This document shows positions 21,801-31,905 of a stretch of 64,000 nucleotides of DNA, one piece after another. The position numbers and the translations under genes are program-made. The notes below the pieces were generated by a model, which saw only the letters and a program-made list of their open reading frames with translations, made no database searches and was not told the DNA's origin. Origin of the DNA: Tortispora ganteri (Eukaryota); the NCBI GenBank assembly GCA_003707115.1, contig PPNB01000003.1, forward strand, positions 496,001 to 560,000, given 5' to 3'. The first letter of the stretch is position 1; each line of letters starts with the position of its first letter.

Positions 21801-23206
21801 CGGCGATTAACCAAAGGAGCCAATTGCTGAATTATGAACGAAAGACTGTATTGATCTGTAGGGTTAAATGGAACCAACATGGTGAATGCATTGCGTGCAA
21901 TAGGAGGTAAATGAACACCAAGGCGGGGTTTTAAGAATTCGCTGACACTTGAAGACCACATAGAATATTGGACATCGTGTTCTATATCATTTATATAAAC
22001 GATTGCAGGCATTTCGGCAGAATCTCTCCAATCAAATCTCATAGACAGTGATTTCTCTTTTTCAGTCATGATATTGCTATCAGTGATAAGCTGACCAGCT
22101 TGTATAGGAGTTAGGCCTAAAGAAGTAAGCTTTTTGATAAGCACAGCTTCTTCTTGTAAGACGTTTGACAAGGTATAAGGGCCGTCATCAATATAATAAA
22201 TAGGTCGGCCATTAACATAGAGTGCATTAGTACCCGGACCCAACCCATGAGCGAAGTTTTCCTCCATAGCTTTGCGGAAAGGCTTAGTATTGATCTTAGC
22301 ATTAACCAGCTTTTTGGTAAACAATGGCAAGTTTCCAACAATCCTTAAAGCTTCCTTTAGAGGGTCAGTTCGTTCACAAAGGTAAGCAGAAAGTTTATTG
22401 CCAAAGACTCTCAATTGTGATTCGCTGACTTGAAGAGAATCAACAGATGCAATTAAAGAGTCTTCGTCACTAGAAGAAGCTTCGGGAACATCACGATCGT
22501 CCACGACTATGTAATCGGTGCGCTTCAAATAGAGGCTACCGCTTATTCCTGGGAGTACCAATTTGTTGTCAGATGGCGTTTTCGGAGGAGAGTATCGAAT
22601 TACATACCTATAACGTTGTTCTTCGGCAAAACCACGTAGTATACTATGATACTCGAAGAATTCAGGGTCAGTGATGTCAAAGTACAAAATCATTACGGGC
22701 ATATCTTCTGAGCCAACAGGGTAAATATGGTCAAACGGGTGAAGCTCAGGATCTTCGCGTTTAGTAGTAGTCTGCAAGGCATAAAGATCATCCTTGGAAA
22801 GCCAATCGCCGTTGTAAAAAATGACCTTATCATTTATAATGGAAGCGGGCTTAAGTATATTGAATAACTCAAAATGAGTTTGAATCAATGCAGCAGATGT
22901 TTGTAGAGCCAATTGCATTTTCACAATAGATTCTTCGAGTTCACCAAATAGAGCAAGATCTTTTGCTGACGCAAATAACCTTTCGTACACCTCCTGGTCA
23001 TTTCCATATAAATTCAAATCATTATCAAACAAATAGTCAATAATCTGGAAATATCTCGTATTATTATGACCAGCAATCGATTCAAGAACTTGAATAGCAT
23101 AAGGCGGTGAGTTCCACGAAGCATTAAGTGATACCGAGATCTGACCAGCGTGCACTAGCACGAAGGAGCATATCGCGCACAATAACAGTCGTAGAGTACA
23201 CTGCAT
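18872..23206 (-). CDS. KRE5: UDP-glucose:glycoprotein glucosyltransferase (UGGT, Kre5/Gpt1 family)
   Basis: Signal peptide and a GT24 domain (INIFSVASGHLYERF, WGYKILFLDVMFP, FVDADQ, LSNLDQDLPN, WLWCETWC). Ends in the ER-retrieval signal HDEL. Confidence 0.96.
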   Translation of the reverse strand: MQCTLRLLLCAICSFVLVHAGQISVSLNASWNSPPYAIQVLESIAGHNNTRYFQIIDYLFDNDLNLYGNDQEVYERLFASAKDLALFGELEESIVKMQLALQTSAALIQTHFELFNILKPASIINDKVIFYNGDWLSKDDLYALQTTTKREDPELHPFDHIYPVGSEDMPVMILYFDITDPEFFEYHSILRGFAEEQRYRYVIRYSPPKTPSDNKLVLPGISGSLYLKRTDYIVVDDRDVPEASSSDEDSLIASVDSLQVSESQLRVFGNKLSAYLCERTDPLKEALRIVGNLPLFTKKLVNAKINTKPFRKAMEENFAHGLGPGTNALYVNGRPIYYIDDGPYTLSNVLQEEAVLIKKLTSLGLTPIQAGQLITDSNIMTEKEKSLSMRFDWRDSAEMPAIVYINDIEHDVQYSMWSSSVSEFLKPRLGVHLPPIARNAFTMLVPFNPTDQYSLSFIIQQLAPLVNRRMPVRIGIIPLAQDEEMKKAASAFYYFFDRYGFLTSLNYLAVLLNNEGIADKTGFNKISDMFPVKADKEALSYSEALNEYEKHSESANDWARRLGVTKNSMLAFGNGFPIDMSDESWMMSMMKKLSQDVSVITNMVKEGLITDESSIENVIADMGIHEINPYIRTTGIGAHDFIDLSDIMPYLTHIPSFTSKSQEDIANGTFILSADFTTPEGKSLAVEALRFLNQKDEESGKTTLKLVHTGLKSNRFVQALAQIGLGKNESSVSDMLNAIDSDQFTDLESFNEESLVPFSEIPTEIMSRLGKSDTSYSVCLDGRLIFFPKSFPFTSVDFQMLFSVEYISRIEGPLKKLKDFDPVLAGDSATVSSIISLISKTYYVPSSLGIMGDAVRAWFPGQLSTKDVGFEIGTVSPGSGLSITAIVNPTSQRGQRIISYLDSLAKLKDVFIKVIFSPAEIQEPPKRFYRSVFPTEPIFDANGTLYSEKLVFSEIPEKVLLNLALEVEPSWLVMPKDSKTDLENIILTPESPNVTAVYELTNILVEGHANDLSVNKPPQGAQLDLKNLAKESVGDTLVMANLGYFQFRSRPGIYDINLKTKELNEFFNIDRIMQKSVNQKRAVGHVYITSLSGAKISVDLTRKDVKGRKPIPKYRLSTDLSGNESIAKPKAEINIFSVASGHLYERFLSIMTASVMRHTEHTVKFWFIENFLSPSFKQFLPVLADKYGFTYELITYKWPNWLRQQEEKQREIWGYKILFLDVMFPLNLDKVIFVDADQVVRTDMKELVDIDLHGAPYGYTPMCDSREEMEGFRFWKQGYWQRTLRGKPYHISALYVIDLNKFRDMGAGDILREEYQILSADKGSLSNLDQDLPNNMQNVVPIYSLPQEWLWCETWCSDESLERAKTIDLCNNPLTKEPKLARARRQLHEWSEYDDDIAALRESVSIQLEGSEKPPEEKLAEILKQHTNEEIPISQDGQYGHDEL

Positions 23207-23427
23207 TCAGCTTCAATATGCAAAAATAATGTAATACTGTGTTAAATTTTACCTAGAATATGTGATACATATAAACTTTATCACGTTTGAAGGGCAGAAA
23301 TGGACAAATTTCAGCTTTTATTATAAGATTTGTGACAGCAAACAGAGCAACTCACAGTACACTTAAACTGGAAAAAGTACCTTACCTCCTTCCAATACAG
23401 CAAAACACAACCTCTGCTGTCATTTAC

Positions 23428-23437
23428 ATCACGTGAT
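23428..23437. promoter_or_regulatory. Palindromic E-box ATCACGTGAT upstream of UGGT
   Basis: Perfect 10-bp palindrome containing TCACGTG (bHLH/Cbf1-type site) about 220 nt upstream of the ATG. Confidence 0.4.
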
Positions 23438-23522
23438 ATGAAGTACAGTACAATCAGAAATTAAACATACTTCATTTTCATATTTTCAGGAGATTATTTG
23501 AAGCTTCGTTGCTGAATTCTTT

Positions 23523-26500
23523 TTATATAATTAGCTTTAGGCCTGATGCAGACGCACCGATAGTCGAAATTCCAGAAATACGACAGAGTTCACCCTTGAA
23601 CTGCGGCAAATATTTGGTGCCTGTTAGCGGATCAGCAACTGAAGGAGATCCTTGATAGATAGGAGTAAACGTAGCTCCACAAATATCAAAATCTGAATAA
23701 GGATCATAATCAACTTCTATGCTGTCGAGAGGACTGCTAGCGCCACGTGCTTCAATCTTGCGCGCTTGTTCCGCTCTTGGTCCAGTAGGTACAAGTTCCA
23801 AAAATTTCCTCGCAAACCCGGCAGCTGATGCAAAATTCTTGGCTTTTGCAAACTGCATCATCGCAACTTGAAGCGCAATATGCTTGTGTGAAGGCTGGAG
23901 CTGCACCTTGGTAAAATAAGCTGCTAACTCCAAATTGCGCTTGATATCATTTTCCTGAAGTCCGCGACGTTCAAGCTCAATGGACAACCCTAAAATATAT
24001 TCACGGCAAATCTCAATTAAACGTTGCGCTTCTTCCACTTCCTCTTCTGTATTCACAATATTGAGGACTATAGCATATAAAATTTCTCTGAACATCTCAA
24101 CCGCATCCTCCAATTTATTTGCTCGTACTAACTTATAAGCTTCTTGAAGTTCATTGTTAGTGATTTCTTCAATGTTTCTAGCGATATGTGGCAGAGACTT
24201 CAATGGATCCTGTTGTTGCTTATTCCGACGATTAAAAAATATCAATGAAGGCATGCCTGGGTTGGCTTTCACTTCATACCTCGCACCATCATAAATTTCA
24301 GCAAATCTTTCCTTAAGCGGCTCGAAATTAGAAATACCAACCTGACGGTTCAATAACTGCATCGCCGATTCAAAAGATCCAGCAGCAATGTGATCCGCAG
24401 CTATGGGAGAGTTGCGTACCCACAGGTCAGTTTCAATAACCCCGGTTTGCAACGGCACCGCATTCTCTTCATCCGCAAACTCTTCTTCAAAGTCCAGGTC
24501 ATCCTCTTCCAGCCCCCACTCATCATCACCGCCAGTCACTACATCATCGGCTAAAGAAGAAGCTGGCATCAATCCAATACTTTTTCCATTGGCCTTAGAA
24601 GGAGCCACAGTATCGCCTGAATCATCAAGCAGATTTAAATTGTCAAACTGCGGAATAACAGTTCTATCCAAGGAAAACGCTTTGGACGTCTGCAATGGAT
24701 AATTCGCTTTATAAGTAGCTCTCTTAATAGTTGGGGTAATGCATTTCCTTGTTACAATCGGCATGCTAATATCCGATTCATTCAAACCAGCAGCAGAGGC
24801 AATGGCGTTAGCTCTTTCAGTCATCCCATTAGTCTTAGCACAAGCATATGCTAATGAGAATAATCCCGCCTCTTCAAGTAATTCTATCCTACCTTCGATA
24901 TTGTTCGAGAATAACAGAGTTTGAAGGCGGGCAGAAGGATTATGACGATGTTCGGCGATTTTGCTCATTTTAAGCGAATTATCCATATTTCCAGTAATCA
25001 AGTACAGAAGCGATAGCTTTTCATAGGCATGGAGTTTCTGAAGCGCAAATTCCTTAATTTCGTGATTGCCATAATCTTCAGCTGCAGATACCAATCGTTT
25101 CCAAAATGGTGCCTTGTCGATTTCCTTCGCCATTTCAAAAGCAATTCCGAGATCACCGCATTTAATAGACAAATCAAAACGAACCTGCGGTTCTTCGACA
25201 AATTGAAGTGCTATATCATTAAATCCCTTTTGTTCAATATAAGATATAATGCTCTGGCCAACCAAATTTGAATTTTCCATGATTCGCTTCATTTCGGTAT
25301 AGTTTTTGTTTAATAGAGCATTCTTAAATCTATACTCAGTAGGATCAATTTCGACTTTAACCACCTTACCATCTCGGCTCAAGCAAAAAATATTCTTTCC
25401 TTTGGAGCGCACAACGTAAAGAACGTCGTCTAAACTTTTCAGTATACCTTTATCGCCATTCATCAATCCAAAACGTAAATGGTTCAAGGTAGTATAGATC
25501 AAAATTCCAGAATCATCCCAAGCGACGCTCTTAATGCGGATGACCTCATGAATCTCGGCAACAAGCTCGAGATTTCGGTCGACAACAGTAATAGAATGCT
25601 TTGCTAAAAGCGCTAGATACTGAGAGTCAGGAGACCAGGATGCATACTTAACTTTATTGCAGCTCTTTGTAGCAACATCACGGTTCTGAGCAGTATCAAA
25701 TAAAACAACCTTATCCTTGCATAGCAATAAAATATTTCCAGACCCAGCAGAAGCCATATCAAGCACATCATAGGACAAATTCAAGGATTTAGTAGTAGTA
25801 TTGGTCAAGTCTTTGACTTCAAGTGTAGTTTTATCACGAGACAAAATCACAAAACGATTACGCGAAACAAATATAGCTGCACTTCCAGGTCCAGAAGACA
25901 TATCTGATGGGTCAGGGCCTATAACTGAGCCACCAAATCTACCATCCGTGCCAGATACTTTGGTTAGGAAATACGTACCCCCATCAACTGGAGAATGCAC
26001 AAGCACTGACTTTTCAGAAGGGTTGTAAGAAAGGGTTCGGGGTGGAATCCAAGATGCGCCAATTCTTTTAAGTGAGAGAAGAGCATTGGAGGCTCTGTTT
26101 GATTCAAAGTCATATGAAATAAGTTGTTTTTCATTATTGAGCCAGAAAAGCCAGTTCTGGTGAAGAGTATAGGCTGGCCGTTCTCGTTGAAACTTAAACA
26201 CCATCGCACCAGTGTCATGACCAGTAGCCAGTAGATTAAGAGTAGGATGAGCAGCCACAACCCAAAATCTATCGGCATCACGGCGAAACGTGTGAATAGC
26301 GGTGCGACGATTCAAGTCCCAAGTGCGAATTGTTTTATCTTCGCCCACAGAAACAATCAAGTCATAATGCGGATGAAAGATACAGCAAGAAACGTTAGAG
26401 AAATGACCCCTACATGTATCTACCTCCCAGGCCCTTGTGTCGCTCATGCGCCATAATTTAACCAAACGATCATCTCCACCAGATACAATTAATGGCATAG

Positions 26501-27465
26501 TAGGGTGAAAGGCCGCCCAATTGACACCACGTTCATGGCCTTCAAGAACATATTTCACAACTGCTTCATTAGCGCCAAAAATATCAGCGTTGGGGCCACC
26601 AGCGCCCAGACCACCTCCGCTCGTAGCGGCAGAAGCTGCGGCACGCACCATTTGGTCCTCAAACGACATAGAAGAGGTAGGAGCAGAATGCTTTCTACAA
26701 AGTCCAGAAATATCCCATACACGTACAGTCTGATCCAGAGATGCAGAAACAACAAGGTCTTCCGTAGGATGAAACTGTGCGCACATAACGTAATGGTTAT
26801 GGCCAGTCAAGCAAGCAATTTGGGAGCGGTTTTGCCAGTTCCAAATACGAATAGTCTGATCATCTGACGCAGAAATAATCCACGGCAGATTAGGATGAAA
26901 AAACACAGTCCTCACGTAATCCAAATGGCCCGTAAGTGTGAATAGACATTTACGGGAAGTCAAGGACCACACTTTGATTTTATAGTCGTCAGAGCCTGAT
27001 ACAAAGATATCTTGAGTCGGATGAAAGCTAACTCCTCTAACAGGACCATCATGCTCCTCGAACCTATCCAACAAAGTCCCCATTCGGTAATCCCATAACT
27101 GGATTTTCGAAGTGTGCATAGAAACAAGGAGTAATGGTCTTTTGGGGTGAAAGGCAAGACCTTTGGCCCTCGAAGACTTTGATTCAAACTAGAAGAAAAA
27201 GTTAGCGCTCAATCCAAAAAAAAAAAAGGTAAACAGTATTAAAATCTATGTCAAACACTGGAACAGGAGAAAGTTAACCATTTGACACGTATTTTTATGT
27301 TCCAGGTTGCAGATGAACTACGTGTTACAATAGGGCACAGAAGCAAGTTTTCTCGGGCCAAGCGCGTGGCATATGGTACCTTGCAAAACCATCCCGATTA
27401 GAAACCATTTATAGCCCTCAAAAATCTTCTATAAACTAATTACATACCTTTGTGAGCATCTGCAT
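23523..27465 (-). CDS. COP1: Coatomer alpha subunit; join complement(27448..27465, 23523..27188)
   Basis: Exon 1 ATGCAGATGCTCACAAAG|GTATGT and a 259-nt intron ending GCTAAC...TTCTAG give MQMLTKFESKSSRAKGLAFHPKRP. WD40 repeats and the COPI_C region (ELAAYFT..LQP.H) follow. Confidence 0.97.
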
Positions 27466-27707
27466 TGCGGGTTACTGACGCAAGACACTTCTTTTCACCA
27501 ATTCGTGAGAGTCCGTAGAAAAGGGTGTCAGGTAGAAGGGGTTGTGCTGTGCATACCACGGTTGATTTTATGGTGAGGCTGCAATTACTTGGAGTTACTA
27601 TGACAACCTAAATTGTAAAATTAAAGTGCTATACAATACAATGCAATATAATTTCACTTTCGTGCAGCAAACTAGTATATATCCAAACGTATTATGCTAT
27701 GATATAT

Positions 27708-29195
27708 TTATTCGAATCTTCCTTCTGTGCCTTTGCCAATTGTATGCAACTTAAAGCCAATATTTGTGATAACTTCTGCATTTAGTATTGATCTGCCATC
27801 AAAGATGAACGCCGGTTTATTCATCACCCTGTACGCGTCGTTGTAGTTCAGATTTGTATCTTTGAATTCATCCCATTCGGTAGCAATTACAATTGCATCG
27901 GCACCTTCAGCAGCTTCAAGAGCAGAGTTGCAAATGGCTACTCTTTCTTTCAGTTTGTGCTCATTTCTAGCGTCACTGGAAGTCAACTCTAGCCAAACTT
28001 GCCTTTCTTCAACTTTCGGATCATATATCGCGACACTAGCCATTTCCTCGGCGAAGTTCAATACCAATGTTATTGCTGGTGACTCTCGGGTATCGCCTGT
28101 ATCTTTTTTGAATGCAAATCCGAAAACAGCTATACGCTTATTAGACATGGTGTCGAAAAGAGAGTGAAGCACTTTACCTGCAAATCGAACTTTCTGATAC
28201 TCATTTATTTCAACAACTTGGCGCCAATATGACGCTACTTCGGGCAGATTAAGACTTTCAGATAAGTATACTAAATTCAATATATCTTTTTGAAAGCAAG
28301 AACCGCCGAATCCGACTGATGACTTAAGAAATTTGGGTCCGATACGAGAATCCAGACCAACAGCATGTGCAACCTCATCTACATCTGCGCCAGTTGCTTC
28401 GCAGATTGCGGACAATGCATTAATGGAAGATATTCGTTGAGCAAGCATTGCATTAGCCGCTAGCTTTGAGAGCTCGGAACTCCATACGTTCATCGTAATT
28501 ATTTTATCTCGGGGTACCCACGCAGAGTATACTTCAGCTAAGCTCGCACAGGCTGAGAATCCGGCTACTGTGTCTTGAGATCCAATTAATACGCGATCAG
28601 GATGCATTAAGTCTTCAATAGCTGTCCCTTCGGCAAGAAATTCAGGATTTGACAAAATATCGAAATGAATGCCAGGTTTGCTGTTGGCTTCTAAAATGAG
28701 GCGAATGCTTTGAGCTGTACGGCAGGGCACTGTGCTTTTTTCGACAACTATCTTATCCGATTTTGCAATTTTGGCAATTTGCCGAGTTGCAGCCTCCACA
28801 TAACCTAGATCAGCTGCAAAACCTCTGCCCATGCCCGATTTCTTGGTAGGGGTATTGACAGAAACGAATATGAGGTCGGCTTCTTCAATTGCTTGACTTA
28901 CGTTGGTAGAGAAGAACAAGTTGCGATTTCTTGATTCTGCGACTGTTTCAGCCAAACCTGGCTCATAAATAGGCAGCACATCACTATTCCACGCGTCAAT
29001 TCTTGACTGATTCACATCAACGATATGGACCTTGATATGTGGATTTGCAGCGGCAATCACTGCACATGTAGGTCCGCCTACGTATCCAGCACCGATGCAG
29101 CAAATTGAATTCACTTTGCGATGTGGCAAATTCAAGATGTCTTCAGGGCGTGCGCTACTTGATATGAGCGAGCCTGTAGAGTCAAGTCTGGTCAT
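27708..29195 (-). CDS. UDP-glucose 6-dehydrogenase
   Basis: [36 protein letters not shown], catalytic [10 protein letters not shown], and [14 protein letters not shown]. Confidence 0.96.
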   Translation of the reverse strand: MTRLDSTGSLISSSARPEDILNLPHRKVNSICCIGAGYVGGPTCAVIAAANPHIKVHIVDVNQSRIDAWNSDVLPIYEPGLAETVAESRNRNLFFSTNVSQAIEEADLIFVSVNTPTKKSGMGRGFAADLGYVEAATRQIAKIAKSDKIVVEKSTVPCRTAQSIRLILEANSKPGIHFDILSNPEFLAEGTAIEDLMHPDRVLIGSQDTVAGFSACASLAEVYSAWVPRDKIITMNVWSSELSKLAANAMLAQRISSINALSAICEATGADVDEVAHAVGLDSRIGPKFLKSSVGFGGSCFQKDILNLVYLSESLNLPEVASYWRQVVEINEYQKVRFAGKVLHSLFDTMSNKRIAVFGFAFKKDTGDTRESPAITLVLNFAEEMASVAIYDPKVEERQVWLELTSSDARNEHKLKERVAICNSALEAAEGADAIVIATEWDEFKDTNLNYNDAYRVMNKPAFIFDGRSILNAEVITNIGFKLHTIGKGTEGRFE

Positions 29196-29534
29196 ATTAG
29201 GTTGCGAATATGAGATATAGATAGACCAGAGGGTAGTATACCAACAAAGAACTGAGAGAGCTAGCCTAATTAAAATACTTGTTGTTTACTATTATATGTG
29301 TCTATAAGTGTAGTAGATAATTATTGAAACTACTAAGGGGATGTTGTATCCTAAATCCTTTTGTAGTATAAGTAGATCAATTGACGAGATAAAGTTTCTA
29401 GTCAATTACGGGTGAGGAAATAGTAAAGCTTAAAGAATGCACGTGTTTTAGCAATACACGTGATAGCCGATTGCGATGATCATTAGCTGAAGTTCTATTT
29501 TAGATCCTATGGAATTTTATCTCAGTGCAGCTAA

Positions 29535-30725
29535 TTATATGTGCTCCATAGGTTCTTGCGGTAGAAGGGGCTCAGGTCTAGGATTATCGGTCGATTCCAC
29601 TTTCCACCAAAGGATACGTCGTTGCACCAGATCATTAAACAAAAGAGTTCCATAAACCAGTAGAATAAATCCGACTAATTGCAAGAACTTGAATGATTCC
29701 CACCCTAAAAGCAAAGATATGATCCAAATTACCACTGTTCGGCAAGTATCGATTTGTGATCTAGTAGCTGCGCTGACTATTCGAGTAACGGAAAGTCCAA
29801 ATACATTAAACAAGCTTATCGAAAGCATTATCAGCACAGAGCTCAACATCAAAGATGAGTGGCTAATTAGTTGATTCCATCCATGTACTACGTCAAAGTA
29901 TCCGCCTGGTTTAGTTAAAGGCAAAGGATACAATATTGTTACAAGAATTGTCATGCCAATAAACCCAAAAACGCCTTCGTATCCTACCACCTGAATAGGG
30001 TCAACTGGATGAAGTTCTAAGACATATTCTTCAAGTACAAATTGTGACGCAGTAAAAAGTTGTCCTACTGCCACTAAAAGTACGCCGAATATTGCCTTTG
30101 CAAATGAAGAATGGTTGGTGACTGTTGAAGCAATATTGGAGTGGGCACCTGGTGTAGCACTCAAGGCATTACTAAACCCGACCAGGAATACGCCAAATAG
30201 GACTACCAGCAGAGCATACCAGTGGTAAGCCTGCAACTTCCTTTTCAAGAAAACGACTGAGAATATACCCACAAACAGGACGAGTGCACCGCGCAGCATT
30301 TGATACACACTTACTGGAACGAATAATAATCCAGTTTGCATAAGTGTTGTACCTGTGGCGTCGCATAAAGCGGTAATGGCCAAATACAGAAGCATCTTTT
30401 TATGTGAAATTCTATTCCTTGCAGATGGAGGAGGCAGTTCTTCACTAAGAGGAGTTGATTCTCGATCATGTGAAGGAATGACGCCATATTTAGCTCGAAC
30501 GTACATGAGACCTAATGCGACATAGAACCAGCAAAATGCTTCGGCCAAGAACATTTGAAGAGATTGAAGTGCAGGTTGCGCAAAATGTTCATGTTCAGCG
30601 GGATCAGGATTATCGCAATTGCCTACACAGATCATATCCTGGAACTTGGTCAGCAAAGAGTTAGAGCTTCCAGTGAGAAGCATACCTAAAACTAACAGCG
30701 CAGTGAGCCATTTTGCTTGGTACAT
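29535..30725 (-). CDS. Nucleotide-sugar-transporter/DMT superfamily membrane protein (SLC35F6-like)
   Basis: About 10 hydrophobic segments. GMLLTGSSNSLLTKFQDM.C, QSLQMFLAE, SVYQMLRG, TASQFVLEE, VGYEGVFG and SAATRSQIDTCRT match the SLC35F6-type family. Confidence 0.8.
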   Translation of the reverse strand: MYQAKWLTALLVLGMLLTGSSNSLLTKFQDMICVGNCDNPDPAEHEHFAQPALQSLQMFLAEAFCWFYVALGLMYVRAKYGVIPSHDRESTPLSEELPPPSARNRISHKKMLLYLAITALCDATGTTLMQTGLLFVPVSVYQMLRGALVLFVGIFSVVFLKRKLQAYHWYALLVVLFGVFLVGFSNALSATPGAHSNIASTVTNHSSFAKAIFGVLLVAVGQLFTASQFVLEEYVLELHPVDPIQVVGYEGVFGFIGMTILVTILYPLPLTKPGGYFDVVHGWNQLISHSSLMLSSVLIMLSISLFNVFGLSVTRIVSAATRSQIDTCRTVVIWIISLLLGWESFKFLQLVGFILLVYGTLLFNDLVQRRILWWKVESTDNPRPEPLLPQEPMEHI

Positions 30726-31905
30726 AATTATAAAATATCCAAGGATGTTTGCATCAAATATCGATCCCAGATATGTGGGAAGATACTGATCAACTTGTAA
30801 TTAAATGTAGAAGGGTTATGTCTCTTTCAGTAAAGGAGGCGCGCGGAGAGAGTGGCTTCGATTGGCCTAAAGAGAATGAGAATGTCGTTTTAGATTATGG
30901 GTGAACTTAACTGAACGTTAATCAACTTTAAGTTCCTGCACCGCAGCTCATAAGATGCATATCCAGTTTATTCAGCATATCAATTTCGATATTACTTTGC
31001 CTGTATATGCTTTTTTTTTTTGGAATTTCAGTGACCATAATGCATATAAAGATTACTTGCAAGTACTCTAGGTTATCCTTTTTTGAGATATCATTGAACC
31101 TCTGAGTCGCTACAGTTGCTGCCGCATTCCGCACGTGTCTCCGATTCGCCCCGTTCCATAAAGCAGCCAAATAGCGTCAATATCACTTAGACCTACTACA
31201 CAATCAGTGAAAAATCACTTAATAATATCACACATTTAAACATTCAATAAGGAATACTATCCAATCGCGATTATGTAAAATCAGCGGCTTAATTGTTCGA
31301 CGGATAGAAATATCCAGCCTAAAGAGGAAGTGCAGGTTAGGGTAAATTTGGAGATAGTTACAGAATCTAAACCCGGTACATATTCTTCTTTTTCGATACA
31401 AGTGCAATGTGAACGATTCGACGATTAGTTTGTCAGAACAGACATTGCTCACGCGTTTTGCTATAAGCGAGAGTCTGTGAATTGTGCATTGCTAGATCGA
31501 ATAATCCCTTTTTCGCTAACGACGTCAGAAATGGATTGAACGTAGTTTGATAGTAGTGAGGGATACATCAAATGTTGTTTAGTATTTATTAAGTTGTAAA
31601 GTAATTGCCGTAATTTTTTTTTACTGTGTATTATCAATTCTAGTTGCAGCACTGAAACGCCGGCATGTTTTCTAACTTTTAAAGTTCAAGAGTTAATTTT
31701 GGAGCGAAAATCCATCCTTTAAACATATTTACTTATCGCAGTCTTCGCACAACCTTGCCATTATACGTCTGGCTGGTTTCAGTTATTCCTTTATTGAATT
31801 CCTGTTCAGCATATTGCTAATATAAGAAACAAAATTCTATGAAAGTAAAGGTCGCCTGACTGTGGAGTACTGATACCTGGTTCACACTCAAACAGTGTTC
31901 GGATA

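Noticed and set aside
30726..31905. Short ORFs between the transporter and CCH1 (also 11479-11685 and 53029-53229)
   Set aside because: They are short, mostly start at non-ATG codons or are low-complexity, and show no family motifs. I treated these regions as promoter/UTR.
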